The notes below the pieces were generated by a model. The model was not told the DNA's origin. It did not search any database and saw only the letters and a program-made list of their open reading frames with translations. Shown here one piece after another: positions 63,665-64,000 of a DNA stretch of 64,000 bases (position 1 is the first letter of the stretch; each line of letters opens with the position of its first letter). Source of the stretch: Mobula hypostoma (Eukaryota). Made by a program: the position numbers and the translations under genes. The stretch spans positions 15,316,001 through 15,380,000 of the forward strand of contig NC_086118.1 in assembly GCF_963921235.1 (NCBI RefSeq). The letters run 5' to 3'.

Positions 63665-63743
63665 TAATCCCTTTTTCCAGTGTTTTTCCTAAAATCGAAA
63701 TCATGACACAAATTCATCCCTCTTTCGTTTCTTTGTCTTACAG

Positions 63744-63771
63744 ATCGGGAAAACCAGTCGATCTTGATCAC
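63744..63771 (+). CDS. MYH: MYH gene 2 mini-exon (28 bp), (D)RENQSILIT
   Basis: cag/gtaagt boundaries, phases consistent. Confidence 0.96.
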
Positions 63772-63862
63772 GTAAGTGTTGTAGATTCTGGTAGCCTTTT
63801 AAAATCACTTTATTATTTGTGGCACAGCTGTTGAGTTCTTCACGCTATGCTCTCGTCTTCAG

Positions 63863-63971
63863 CGGAGAATCCGGTGCCGGCAAGACTGTGAACACGAAAC
63901 GTGTCATCCAGTACTTTGCATTGGTCGCAGCTGCTGGTGAACCCGGCAAGAAGAAGGAGCCAACTGGCAAG
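63863..63971 (+). CDS. MYH: MYH gene 2 exon (109 bp), P-loop GESGAGKT and loop 1 ([20 protein letters not shown])
   Basis: cag acceptor; AAG|GTACAG donor; gene continues beyond the window. Confidence 0.95.
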
Positions 63972-64000
63972 GTACAGTTAGAACTAATTTCATTGACATC

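Overview
Eukaryotic, repeat-rich window from a vertebrate. The CR1, Penelope and Rex1 repeat set suggests a cartilaginous fish, probably a ray (inference). It spans the gap between two tandem + strand sarcomeric myosin heavy chain genes. Gene 1 contributes its last 10 exons (161-6894, rod tail, stop, polyA signal). Gene 2 contributes a promoter, two probable 5'UTR exons and five coding exons (about 59050-63971, SH3-like N-terminus to P-loop and loop 1). The ~52 kb spacer is mostly nested retroelements: CR1 (one near full length), Rex1/Babar, RTE, R4/Dong-like, L1, Gypsy, Penelope-like elements (PLE) and a hAT MITE. Two things stand out. (1) A family of PLE-derived foldback insertions with 12-16 bp target-site duplications (TSDs) carries a minimal hammerhead ribozyme motif; the one fully canonical copy is at 61281-61320 (-), in a non-foldback PLE with an 11 bp TSD. 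(2) A repeat-free, CpG-retaining island at about 11.7-13.4 kb holds a muscle enhancer-like motif cluster that shares exact words with the gene 2 promoter, plus a possible antisense promoter and first exon, a layout resembling the mouse fast-Myh enhancer/linc-MYH region. All coordinates were read by eye and no searches were run.
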